Shown: positions 47,860-60,490 of the stretch, piece by piece
How positions within the stretch are numbered: position 1 is the first letter of the stretch
Layout of the letters: each line of letters opens with the position of its first letter
Source: Rhynchobatus australiae
Taxonomy: Eukaryota
Length of the DNA stretch: 64,000 nucleotides
NCBI GenBank assembly: GCA_034780895.1
Contig: JAUZTB010000084.1
Coordinates: forward strand, 5,044,715-5,108,714
Direction of reading: 5' to 3'
Made by a program: the position numbers and the translations under genes
Notes under the pieces: generated by a model
What the model was told of the DNA's origin: nothing
The model's input: only the letters and a program-made list of their open reading frames with translations
Database searches by the model: none

Positions 47860-50800
47860 TAACAGATCTGTAGCCACTTGCATTGTAGCCCACATAAAGT
47901 GATTTCTCAGTGTAGTGTAGTGACAGACTTCTACACACCAGCAAGTAAGGATCAATACTTATCTAAATGTTCAGCAGTAAAAGGAATCTACCCATCATTG
48001 TATATGCCACTATTATAACAGACCTGCACCAAGCAGGATTAAAGTCCAGTGTTATGCAGTGACAGACCTGTACCCACCTGACAGTCTTCTATCCACCAGT
48101 ACAATACATCAGTGTTATTTGGTGACAAACATGACAGACGTGTACCCAGCAGTACTGTATGTTACTGTAAGTGAAAGACAAGTAGCCAGGAGCACAAATA
48201 TTGGTGGCCAGAAGTACAATATCAGTGGGTATGGGCATATATTACTGTATATACCCTAGTTACATACAGTGACAGCATACATCCATAAATCTTGAAAAGC
48301 AACCCACAATACCAAAATGCAGTGCTGAGTCATCTGGTTTTTGGTTTATTTTTGTCACGTACCAAGGTACAGTGAAAAATTTGTCTTACAAAGCTGATAT
48401 AGAAATAAGCATTAATGAATGACCAATGTTTCCTCAGCTATTTTGATTGTTTGAGAGAAAAGTGAAATAAACTCAGCAATGGAGAGCNNNNNNNNNNNNN
48501 NNNNNNNNNNNNNNNNNNNNNNNNNNNNNNNNNNNNNNNNNNNNNNNNNNNNNNNNNNNNNNNNNNNNNNNNNNNNNNNNNNNNNNNAAAGTGAAATAAA
48601 CTCAGCAATGGAGAGCAACTGTAGAACTCCAGGCAGTTTGAGATTGATTAAACTCCAATTATGAGGATGTGTTAGGATTTGCAATTAGCTGCACTCATTA
48701 ATTAAGTTACCTTCCTCCTTAATTGATAATTATATGTAGTAGATCTACCCCCATAGTTTACTAGCTACACTCAGCACTGGGGGTCGCAAAATTGCTAGTG
48801 ACAATATCCTCTCAAGTACTTACTACCAGTCCCTTAAAAAGTATAAAAGTATGTCCTATATAATCATTGGCTGGTATAAATATTATTGCAAATATTCCAC
48901 CATGCCTGTATGTGTTCCATTACTGCTTATACAGAAGTAGTGCAACTTGTCACTAAACTGCAATGACAAAGGTACCATTATAACTGCAGGTTAACGTATT
49001 CACTTTAGTCACAAATTTGTCAATAAGTTTGGCCTGTTAATATACAATGCAGACAAAACATATAATATGTTAATACTTGATAGCATTGTGCTACATAAGA
49101 GAGATCACTGAGGTTCTCATCAAATTGAGGCATACAGACAAGGAACCTAGGGATTTGCCTGGATTACAGGAATTTCCATGGCTCATCATGTCATTGAATG
49201 AACTATGAAAATAAGAAAAAAATACCTGCATATCTAGCAGCTTTGGAAATTATTTCTGGGATGTTACATATTATCTATGAATAAGGCTGTTTAATTCATC
49301 TAATTAATTATTAATTCCCTAGACTCACTTCCAATATAACCAACACTCACTTTGCTTTGCTGAACTTAAAAAAAATCTATGGAAACACTTAATATCTGCT
49401 TTTGTGTTTCTAGCTAGCTTTCTCTCAGCAGGCACAGTAATGTAGCAGTTAGCATAATGCTATTACAGCGCCAACGACCCAGGTTTAATTCTGGCCTCCT
49501 TAAGGAGTTTGTACATTCTCCCTGTGTCTGTGTGGGTTTCCTCCAGGTGCTCCAGTTTCCTCCCACATTCCAAAGACGGATGGGTTAGGAAGCTGTGAGC
49601 ATGCTATGTTGGCACTGGAAGCGTGGTGACACTTGCAGGCTGGCTCCAGAACACTACACAAAAGATGTATTTCACTGTGCATTTCGATGTACATGAGACT
49701 AATAAAGATATCTTATCTAATCTTACCTTACCCACACCCAGCACTATACTCCCAGTATTATACAGCAAATGATCTGCATCCTAATGATCTGCTTGAGTAT
49801 AAAATTAAAACCCAACCCAAAGCTATTTCAACCACAGCTAATCTAAATATGACCCAACCTGAGAACATAACTTTTGCCATACCCAACCTGGCCATCACCA
49901 TAAATCACCGAGATAATTCTGCTCTAAGTACACAGCATGGGCTGACCAGCATTGCAGACAGGAAAAAATACACTCACTAAGTTAGTGCATTTCAGTCCAG
50001 AAGTACGGTACTGGCCCAGCCCAGTCTGACCAAGAGATTTTATCTTCCTCATGCCCAATACATGTTGAGTAGATATTGTATACAAAGATAGATCTTTATC
50101 CATCAGTACTTCAATGACACACATGAACACTAGTCCTGTACCTCAGTATTATACAACCACACACATGTACAGAAATGCATTGTATAGTGACAGATACATG
50201 CCATCCATTACTTAACAGTGTTATACTGTACAGTGTGACCAAGTGTATCAAGTAATACTTTATCCAACTTCTAGAGGTAGCCTTGTATCCACCAATAATG
50301 TTACAATGAGGCCCAATGCAAGCTTGAGGAACAAAACCTTAGCTTCCTACTGTGCACATTGCACCTTCGCAGATTCAGTATCCAATTCTTCAACTTTAGG
50401 TAACTTGCTCTTTCAGAAAGAGCAAGTTACTGACTATTAACAACACAATACACAAAGAAGCATAATATACCACTAAGAGTACTCAAACTACTCCCATTAA
50501 CCCGTTTGGCCTCACCCTATCAGAGATATTATTGTTCTACCCATCCCTCCTCCACCTCTCTGCTACTGAAAACTAACTTGTTTTTTCTTTTTCCCCAAAG
50601 GGCCCTGGACCTAAAGCATTAACTGTTTCAGGATGCTGCGTGACCTACTGAGTCTTTCCAGCAGATTCCGTTTTTATTTCAGGTTTCCAGTATCTGCAGT
50701 TTTTTTATTTTAATCCATCAAACTGTACCAATGTCATGCAATAGAACAGTACAGCACCGGAACAGACCCTTCAGCCCATGATGTTGTGCTGAACTAAATA

Positions 50801-51420
50801 AATGCCTAACTAAACTAATTCCTTCTGACTAGTCCATAACCCTCCATTCATCTCGGTACATTCATCTAAGAGCCTCCATCTTATTCATACTTGCCTCCAC
50901 TATCACCCTGGCAGCTTGTCAAACCTCAACTTACGTCCCAGTCTTCTTAGGGACCCCCTCGGGATCAAGAATGACTTGCTTCCACTAGGGTTCTGAGGTG
51001 GCTGACGAAGCCAGTATGAGAACAACAAACTCTACCACAGATGGAGCAAGGGGTACCTGATAGGGCAGGCTGTTAAGTAATTTGCAAGGTGGTGAGCACT
51101 TTTCCAATTACCCAACTGCCAAACCCATTAGGCACCTCCTGCCCTATCTGTGGAAGAGCCTGCAATTCTAACATTAACCTCATCAGGCACCTCAAAACCA
51201 GAGTGGAAACATGTCATCATTGATCCCAGGGGAATGCCTAAGAGAAAGAGCTCCAGTGTTAATCAGTGACAGACCTTACCCAGAAGTACTACAGCCATTG
51301 TTATGCTGCCAGAGGCCTGCACCCATTCTAGTGTTATAGCTTGGCAAGTGGTGCAGCCAGTGTTATTTAGTACCCACCAGATCTCAACCCCATGCATCAT
51401 ACAGTAATGTAATTTGTATG
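47860..51420. repeat. Patches of a strongly decayed tandem repeat (cagtgttatacagtgacagacctgtacccaccagta-like) in BRMS1 intron 1
   Basis: Recurrent gtgacagacctgtaccc/cagtgttat motifs at about 47860-48290, 49730-50310 and 51255-51410. Confidence 0.5.
49431..49730 (+). mobile_element. V-SINE, Rex/Babar-like tail subfamily
   Basis: Same family as 2080-2515; tail ends gatgtacatgagactaataaagatatcttatc. Confidence 0.85.
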
Positions 51421-52559
51421 GTTAGAATTCACAACTGTTGTACTTTAGATCTGCTTGCTCAATTATTCAGTGGAAGTGCTCCAACTTCTGTCAACAAATA
51501 TTTTCCTATGTCTAGTCTTACAACCCCCATGTGAGTGCCTTAAAGATCATTGCACTGTTTCTGGTCACAGATCTTTGCCAACACAGTGTATTACACACAC
51601 TCTTTACATGTCGTGTTTATAAATTTCACCCAGGCACAGTTACACAACACTGAACTCCTGCATACAACTGTGAAATTGCTCCATCTCGGGAAGAGTACTA
51701 CACCACATTCTGAAAACGGAAGTGTTTTGAAAAATATTAGGTCACAGAGACTCCATGACTAATATTTTTCAAGAAAATATTAACGTGAAATTGAATTGTA
51801 ATTTAGTTTCAGGTGCTAAACATTGACATTGATTTTAGGTCAAATGTTCTATTGCAAAACACTTCAAATTAATCAAATTGAATCAGAAGTATAAATCATT
51901 TTCAAATGCCTTCCCTATCATAAAACAGTGATAAAAGGGCATAAGTATTTCGTTGGTTATTAAGCACTTTGGGATGTTCTTAGCTGGTTTACAATATATA
52001 ATTCTTTTAAGATTAAAATATTGCAAACACATTTCAAACAAAGTGAAATAAAGTGAAACCTTTTAGGCTTCTTAAAAATTTGGAATTAAAATGCAAAGAA
52101 ATCAAAAGTGATAAATATATTGAAGTAATTTACTATCATTTTAAAGATCAAAAGCACTAAAATGTGAATCAAACTATAACACTTAAACTTGAAGAAAAAC
52201 GTAACCAGAATTCAAATCTTAAAACAACTTCAAATCTTCAAACAGTTCAAAAATTTTAGATTATTATTTTAAATGTAAACAAATCAGAAGGCTGGAATGA
52301 TTTAAAGCAAATGAAAATTTTAAAATAGAAAACTAATAATTTTATATCAATGAGTGTAATTAAGTACTTTAAATTAATTAAATTTGAATAAGTTGTATTA
52401 CATAATTTTAATTTTGAACATTTTAGTTGAATTTTAACTAGTTTTAAATTAATAACTTTAAACTTGTAGCTTTGAATTGACTTAATAAGTTTCAACTTTT
52501 TATGAATATAAAACAAAAGAACCAGCTGGAGAAAGTGAAACAAACTTGAAGCGAAGCAA

Positions 52560-53250
52560 AAGACTAGCGGGTGATCGCGCCGAAACTCGAGGCAGAAACG
52601 ATGCATCGTTAATCGTTTAAAATGAACAGTTTTAAGAAAAACGAGTTTAATCAAAGAAAGATTATAAAAGTGAAAGGGTCCAGTTTCCAAGCGGTGTGCC
52701 AAGGGCAATGCGAGGAAAATATTATCTTTGGTGGAAGAGTTTATTTAAAAATATAGAGTGAGTGTGTTTATTTTTGTTTAAGATTTAAATCCAGTTGTTA
52801 AGGGAGCCGGGCAGGGTGGTCTGCGCCTTTAAGAGTAACGGTCATTGGGCTCTGGAAGGTTCCAGGAGGCGCCGGCCTCGCTCGCGCTGCCCCAGTCACC
52901 GGCTGCGGCCGGTGGGACGGTCGTGCGTGTCAAATCGCCGTCGGTTTTTTTGTTTTAATCGCCTTTATAATATTTGTCTTTTTTTTATTAATAATTGAAT
53001 GCTTATTGCTTTATTGTTTCTGAGAGTGAGGGGAACGCAGCGTCGGTTGGCCGGAGCTTCAGCAACTTTTTTAACAACAGGAAGGAACTCGCGCTAAAAG
53101 GAGGCGGGGAGAGGAGGGCGTGGCGATGGTGACTGACAGGCTGTTCCGACCAATCGGAGAGCCGCTCCAGTCGACGAGACTCGTCAGTCCGAAGGCGGTG
53201 TGTGATGAGGAGTGTCGATAGGTCAAGATGGGATCTAGATGTTCCGCCCT
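52560..53250 (-). promoter_or_regulatory. CpG-island promoter of BRMS1 with GC boxes (53103-53123) and CCAAT box (53150-53154)
   Basis: Local CpG enrichment; GGCGGG, GGGCGTGG and CCAAT motifs just upstream of the putative exon 1. Confidence 0.7.
52900..53090 (-). other. BRMS1: Probable non-coding exon 1 of BRMS1 (transcription start approximate)
   Basis: Donor-like CCG|gtgact at 52900/52899 inside a CpG-rich region. The ATG exon has its own acceptor, so an upstream exon is required. Confidence 0.55.
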
Positions 53251-54589
53251 GAGGTGGTGCTGCCCCCTGCAGTATAGGAGGATTGGGGAAATCACTAGAT
53301 GCGCAGAAGTTTTCTGGAGTTGCAGCGTGAAGTGATGCATTGCTTTTGGTGAGGAAAAAAATTGGCAGAAGATTCAGTAACCTAGGAGATACAGATTTAG
53401 CATGTGGTAATAATTTTTTATATAACAACTTGTTAAGATTTCTCCATAGTTTAAAACTGCCTTGCAGAAAAACAGTTAGTGGGTCTAACATATTTATTGT
53501 AATCCATTTGGACTATAAGACTAAGAATGTTCTGCTGCACCTGTATAGTACTGTGGAGGTACAACTGGAGTGTGGAACTTTGATCTCCTTAAGGAAGGAT
53601 AAATCTGATTAGGAGTTTATGCATTGTGGATTCACTGCCTTGAACTCAGGGTTGAGAGATTTGACCCCAGAGGAGTGAGTTTGGAGGGTAATGACAAGAA
53701 TTAGCCTATGTACTAAAGCTTAAAAGAATAGAATTAGATCACCTTCTGTCTCCTCATTGAAATACAAGATTAGGTTGAGAGGCTGTTCCCTCACACTGGA
53801 GAGTCTAGAATTAGGTTGCACAGTCTCAGAATAAAAGTTGGACATTTAGATCTGACAAGTTTATTCCTTTAGAATTCTAATACCTGTAGATGTTAAGTCA
53901 TTGAGTACATTTAAAGTTGATGGGAAGGTTTTTGGATGTAAGGAAATGAGAGAACATAGGGATCTGGTAGGAATTGGTTTAAGGGAGTTTACCAATTTAT
54001 TTATAATGTTTTTGTGCAGATCATCGTCCATTTTTTGATGTGTTTCTTGTAAAGCGCCTTTGGGTCTTTTACTTGTGCTATATAAATGCCTGGTGTTGCC
54101 GGCTGAAAGGCTGATGATTCAATATGTTAAAATGCAAAGATTAAATATCTACATGGGCAAGCTTTCAAGGCAGCCAGTCTTGGGTGTGATCATTCAATCC
54201 TGTTTCAGATATGCCAATGTATTGTGTACTCCAACTGTCTGCTGTACTTCAAGTATTCATGAGACTATAAGCTTGCATTGATGCCAAGCTGCAAGTAGAT
54301 TGTAATGTTTCCCCAGGCTAGCAACCTTTGCACATTACAGTAGACGTAGCCTAACAGTTCACGAGTTATGGTACCGTCAACATTCAATAACCACAGCAGA
54401 CTAAATACCTTCTGATATTGCTGTGCAATGACATTTGCGCAAACCTCCAGCAATTATCATAGAATGGCTACAGCACAGAGGGAAGCCATTCTCCCCATTA
54501 TCTCTGTGCTGGCACTCATCAGACTAACTCTTTAGCTCCATCCCCAGCCTTTTGTTCGTAGCCTTGCAATTTTTTTTCTATTATAGATC

Positions 54590-55215
54590 TCAGAATCAGA
54601 TTTATTATCACTGACTGAAATGAAGAGAATTTTGTTGTTTTGCAGCAGAGGTACAGAGCAAAGACATAAAATTACTATAAATTACGAACACAAATGAATA
54701 GTGCAAAATGATGGAATAATGAGATTGGATTCATGGGCCATTCAGAAATCTGATGGCTGAGGGGAAGAAGCCATTTCTGAATCGAGTGTGGGTCAGGGCT
54801 AACACGAGGGGACATTGGAGGAAGATAAAAGGGGGATGTCGGGTAAGTTTTGTTTTACACTGAGTGGTGGGTGCTTGGAACGCACTGCCAGCAGAGGTTG
54901 TGGGGGGCAGATAAATTAGGGACATTTAGGAAACTCTTAGATAGATGAATGATATAGAAATAGGGGGCTATATGGAGGGAAGAGTTAGATAGATCTTAAG
55001 AGTAGGATAAAATGTCGGCACAGCATTATGGGCTGAAGGGCCTGTATTGTGCTGTAATGTTCTATGTTCTTTTAGTTCCTGGACTTCCTCCCTGATGGTA
55101 GTAATGAGAAGAGGGCATGTCCTGGATGGTGAGGGTTCTTAGTGATGAATGCCACCACCTTGAGGCACTGCCCCTTGAAGATGTCATTGGTGGGGTGGGT
55201 TGTCCCTATGATGGA
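54590..55215. mobile_element. Rex/Babar fragment (-) interrupted by a CR1 3' end (+, about 54800-55070)
   Basis: TRFRNGFFPSAIRFLNG on the - strand flanking a CR1 tail. Confidence 0.7.
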
Positions 55216-58200
55216 GCTGGCTGAGTAATGGAATCATTCTCTGCCATATCTGCATAACTTGGAATCTAAAAGGGCTGCCTTACAAAATCATCTGAGAAAC
55301 TTGCTTTTCTCAAAATGTAGCCTTGTGGTATCCATGATTATTACCATATCTTCTCGGGTTGTCTTGCGTTTCACCAAGATCACAAGACAAGCCATTCAGA
55401 GGAGAATGTGGGGGATCTCCAAAGGATAATTATTTATAAAGAGACAGTGTGAAGCAGGAAGAAAAATCAGTAACTATCAGGAAGTGTGTTCATCACAGCC
55501 TTCAGATTAGTGCCCTGAAGTATCTTCAAAGTGTTAAAGGAGTAAACTGTGTGATTGCTTCTTCATAGACAGTCCCTTAGGGATGGTGATAATTTGCTTC
55601 CATGACAGTTTTGTGGGTTCTGAGGTGATTAATGAATCCAATTCAGCATTCAGAGACCCTGCCACAGATGTGACAGGTGGAACTTGGCAGGGCAGGTGGG
55701 TTGATTGGATCATTGCACATTCCTTGCTGTTTGCACTTAACTTCATGTGCTCTTATTGTGTGCACACACTCAAACATGACAGCTGGAGAGTGGGATACTG
55801 GCCAACCATTCATGTCCACATTCCCTTTTGAATACTTGTAATGCAAAGGAACTCAACCAATGAAGTGAAGGAGGGAGCAGGCTCAAGAGCCAGATGCTTA
55901 GTTGGACAATTTGGCTGTATGTTACTTGTGGCAACTGCAGGATGTCCTTGTGACTCTTGTGCAGAAAGGCTGCAGAATTCCAACTGTTTACTTGCATCAA
56001 ACAGATGAGACAGAGATGCTTAGTGGGCCTCCGATTGGGCCCTTTCCTCCTTTCCATGTCTATTCTAAGATTTCTAGGTTCAGCATTGAAAAGTGGAGCA
56101 CTTGGTTATCTGGAGGTTGGAAGGTCAGATGAGTGATATGTTTTGCACTCTTAGAAATCACATGGCCCATGCATAGGGGAGTCCAGCCTGCAGAGAGTCC
56201 AAGGCTCAGAAAATATTCAGCCCAGTGCAATGGAAAAAAGACTTTTATTACTACAGTGCCTTTCACCAACTCAGGATATCTTGAGGTGGTGCCCAGTCAA
56301 TACTTCTGAAGTGTAGTCGCTGTTATAATGCAGCAACATTTTGCATACAGCAAGCTTCCTTATTCAGGGCTCGGATAATCTGTTTTAATGTGGTAAAGCA
56401 TTAATATTGGCCACAGGGTCTTTCACACCCCTCCCCTAAGAGAGTAAATGGAAGTAACATCTCACCCAAAGGATAATCGTACCAGTAGTACGGAAGAAGG
56501 ACTAGCCTACAGCCATCTGATTCAATGGATGATTCCCTTTTGAGCAGAGGATCCCAGGATGCGTACTGCTTATGGGATACATTTGGCAGTCTCGGCCAGA
56601 TTGGAAGCATAAAGAAAAAGAAACTCCAGGTGCTGAAAATCTAACAGAAAATGCTGGAATTGTTCACCAGGCTAGGCAAAATCTGTGGGGGCGGGGAGAG
56701 AGAGGAAAGAGGAGAGAGAGAGAGAGAGCCAACACTTCACGTCACTGAAATTCCATCAAAAGTGTGAGAGGTTGGGAAGTGCAACTGAACTCAAGTCCAG
56801 AACAAGCTACCTTTTTAAAACATGTTTCTTTTAATGTTGGTTATTTTTCCAATATGGCTTGTTAACTTTGTTAATCGGAAGTAATTATGTAAAACAGGAT
56901 AGAGTGTAGAGTTCTCTCAATTAAAAAAGGTTGGAAAATCACAAGTAATATGTTACCAGGCTCCATGCTAAAGTTACTTGCATATTCTTGAAGACCAATC
57001 ATAGTATCACGAGAATGTCACTACATTGCAGATGTCACTTTGGACATTAGTATCTGAATAGGCACTTTGTTTCTGAGGGTCTTTGGGACCATGTTCCCAC
57101 TGCTGTTTCCTCCTCTGGGACCCTGCTCCCACACCGCTGCCCCTTGTAAGTGCCTGTTGGAGCTCAGGAGACGGAACAAATGATCAATTTTACAAGACTA
57201 TTTTTGCATTGAATTAAATTTCTGGCATATGTAAGGCAGAGTGTTGCATAAAAATGGCCACTCAGAACTTGAGAGGGTTCTTGTTCTTGGTAACTACTGA
57301 CTAACCTGAGCTGTAACCAAGTTTGACTGGGTGTGACAGAAGAGGTTGGAGATGGAGGCAAGATTGTGACTTGAACATTAAACCAGAAGATACATGATTG
57401 ACATAAGGCTGAAATTTAAAAAACGTTCTCTCCCCTTCCTCATGCAGAATAGCAACTCCTGTGTACATTACAGCCCCATGTCTATTATGGAGAGTAACAG
57501 TCCATGTGAATGTTGCAGGGAATTGTAGCGTATTTGTGTATTGTTGAGGATAAAAGCATCCCCTATGTCCATTAGGGAATAGCAGTCCCTATGTATCCAG
57601 GAACATAAGAATTAGGAGTAGGCTGGCTGGCCCTTCACACCTGCTCCATCATTCAAGAACATAGCTGACCTTCTACCTTTTGTCTGCTTTCCTGCACTAT
57701 CTCCATATACAATGATTTCCTTAATATCCAAATATATATCAGTCTCTGTTATGACCAAACTTGATGACAGAGCCTCTACAGTCCACCAGGATAGAGAATG
57801 TTAGCTTTACCACACTCAAGAGTTAAAAAATTTCTTCTTGCTTTAGTCCTAAATCCCCTACCCCTTGATCTAGACTCCCCATTCGGGGAAACATCTGCCC
57901 TTCATCCACCATGTTGAGATCTTCGCAATGAAATTATTATCTGGCTAGAAATTCTAGTGCATCCCAATTTTATTACAGGTTGTCTCTCTCTAGTCTGGCA
58001 CTCTTGAGACTTGACTAGTGCTGGACCACAGAAATTGTCCCCAGATCATTTTGCTCTGAGCAGAAGAACTGTTCTTTCTAAGTATAGACACTCTCTGGGT
58101 CACATAAGCGTTCTGAGAACCATCCATAACCCAAAGTTTCTGAGAGTTGGAAATGCTGTCAGCTGAGATAGCAAAAGTTGCACTGGTGGGTTAATTAGTT

Positions 58201-58699
58201 ACAGATTAGTACAGATGTTAGTTAAGGATAGATCTTGATTGGAATTAATTAATGTAGATATGTACTATAGATTTAAAACATGCAGGACCACATGAGTTGC
58301 TGGATGACAGAATGCTGGGTTAGAGAGTTTCAACCTATATCACTATTGCAAGAAGACTAGGAATATTCCTCTGTAGAGGAATAAAAAAAAAATCACCTTG
58401 GGCATAACTAACTGGACATTTCACATTTTTGGCAGCAAGAAAGTACCACACAGAAGCAGGGTTAGATAGTTGCAAGTTTGATCAGGCCTATAGTAGGGCC
58501 AGTGGTAGGTGGATAAGCATTGGAGCCCAGCAGTTCAAAAGGTTAGAGGGGATGAGGAGGTTTGTGACTGGCAGTTCAGCAGGAGGATTTAGGCATTCAG
58601 TTTGGAGGGACCCAGCAGTTCAAAAGAAGGAGTGGGATTGTGAGACCAGTGGCCCTGATGTGGAAAGCCAGATAGGAGCACAAGGGTGACTCACGGCAG

Positions 58700-60490
58700 A
58701 TTGTACACGGTCAAATTTTCAGAGTGATGCAAAATGATGCAGAAATGGTCATCACACTGTAGACACTCTCCATCATGTTGGTTGGCTCAGCACCTCTGGA
58801 GTAAGTATAGCATCAAAGAAACTCCGACTAAACTGGAGTCGGTGGAAATCAGGGGGGAGAATCCTCTGCTGAGGTAAATCATCTCAGTCACAGGACATCT
58901 CTGCAGTTGGTCCTCAAGGTAGTGTCCTAGGCCCATCTACCATCAACTGCTTCATGTCTATACTTAGAAATCAAAGGCTACAAAACCATTTAACATCCCA
59001 GATATTTTACTTTAAAACCTGCACCCCAGAACCAGCTGGATCCAGCTAAGTTTTGCCAATAAAATTACAACACTGGCATCTACCTGACAATGTGAGAAAT
59101 TGCGCAAATATGTTCTGTTCACAAAAAGTAGGATGAGCCTAACCTGGCTAATGACTGCCCAATCAGTCTACTCTCAATTGTCAGCAAGTGATGGAAGGTG
59201 TCATGACAATGCAATCAAGCAGCACTTCCTCGCCAATAACCTGCTCACCGATGCTCACTTTGGGTTTTGCCAGCACCTTTCAGCTCTAGATTTCATGTTA
59301 GCCTTGATCTCAACCTGGACCAAATAGCTGAATTCCAGGGGTGAGGTGAGAGTGACTGTCCTTGACATCAAGGTTGCATTTGACTGAGTGTGGCATTAAC
59401 GTGTCATGGTAAAACTGTAGCCAAAGAGTATCAAAGAAAAATAGCCAGTAGTTAGTCATACCTCGCATAAAGGAAGATGGTTGTGGCTGAAGGGAATGAA
59501 TCATCCCAACCCCGGACATCATTGCAGGAATTCATCAGGTCAGTGTTCTAGACCTAACCATCTTCAGCTTCTTCATCCGTGACTTTCTTCTATCATAATA
59601 TCAGAAGTAGGGATGTTCATTGATAATTGCACAATGTTTAATTCTATTTGCAGCTCTTTAGCAAATGAAGCACTCCGTGCAGCATGACTTGGACACATTC
59701 AGATATTGGCTGATAGGTGGTGAGTAACATTATCACCACAAAAGTGTCAGGCAATGATCATCTCCAATGATGGAGAGTCTAACCAACTACCCTTGACGTT
59801 TAGCAGCATTACCAACCCCAAGTCCCACACCATTGACCAGAAACTCAACTGGACCAACCATATAAATACCATGTGTATGAAAATAGCTTGTAGGCTGGGT
59901 ATTTTACAGTAAATGACTCATCTCCTGACACCACAAGACCTTTTTAGCATTTACAAGACACAGCAGGAGCATGATGGAATACTCTCCTGGATAAGTACTG
60001 CATAAACAACTCTTTAAAAAGCTCAGCGCCATCCAGGATGAAACATCTTGCCTGACTGGCAATCATCCTGAACACTCATTCCCTCCACGACCGATGCATA
60101 TTGGCTGCAGTTGTGTTCCAGCTACAAAATACATTACAGTTATTCATCCAGGCTACTCCCAAGTCTACAGACTTGACCACTATGAAGGACAAAGGCAGCA
60201 GGTGCAAGGGAACATCACCTACAAATTCCCTTTAAAGTCACACACCTGACTCAGCGTTGCAAGACTGGTTGCTCCACTTCCGGTCGCCATCGCTAAACTC
60301 CCTTTGGCCTCAAGCAGGGTTACCTGGATGTCTCCTCTCGGACACCAAATCCTAGAACTCTCTCTCTAGCAGCACTGTGGGTGTACCTTTACCAAAAGGA
60401 CTAGGAATGCAAAAAGACAATACACTACTGCTGCCCTGAAGGCAATCAGGAATGGTAATAAATGCTGGTCTTGCCAGCAAAGCTTAGATG
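58700..60490 (+). mobile_element. Decayed LINE RT region (CR1/L2 group)
   Basis: Remnants of ..VHKK...PISLLSI.SKVMEG, LLTDAHFGF, VLDIKVAFD, MFIDNCT. Confidence 0.7.

Noticed and set aside
60245-60345. Cluster of AP-1 (TGACTCA), ETS (ACTTCCGG) and YY1-like (CGCCAT) motifs
   Set aside because: Short motifs inside a decayed LINE with no CpG island; compatible with chance.
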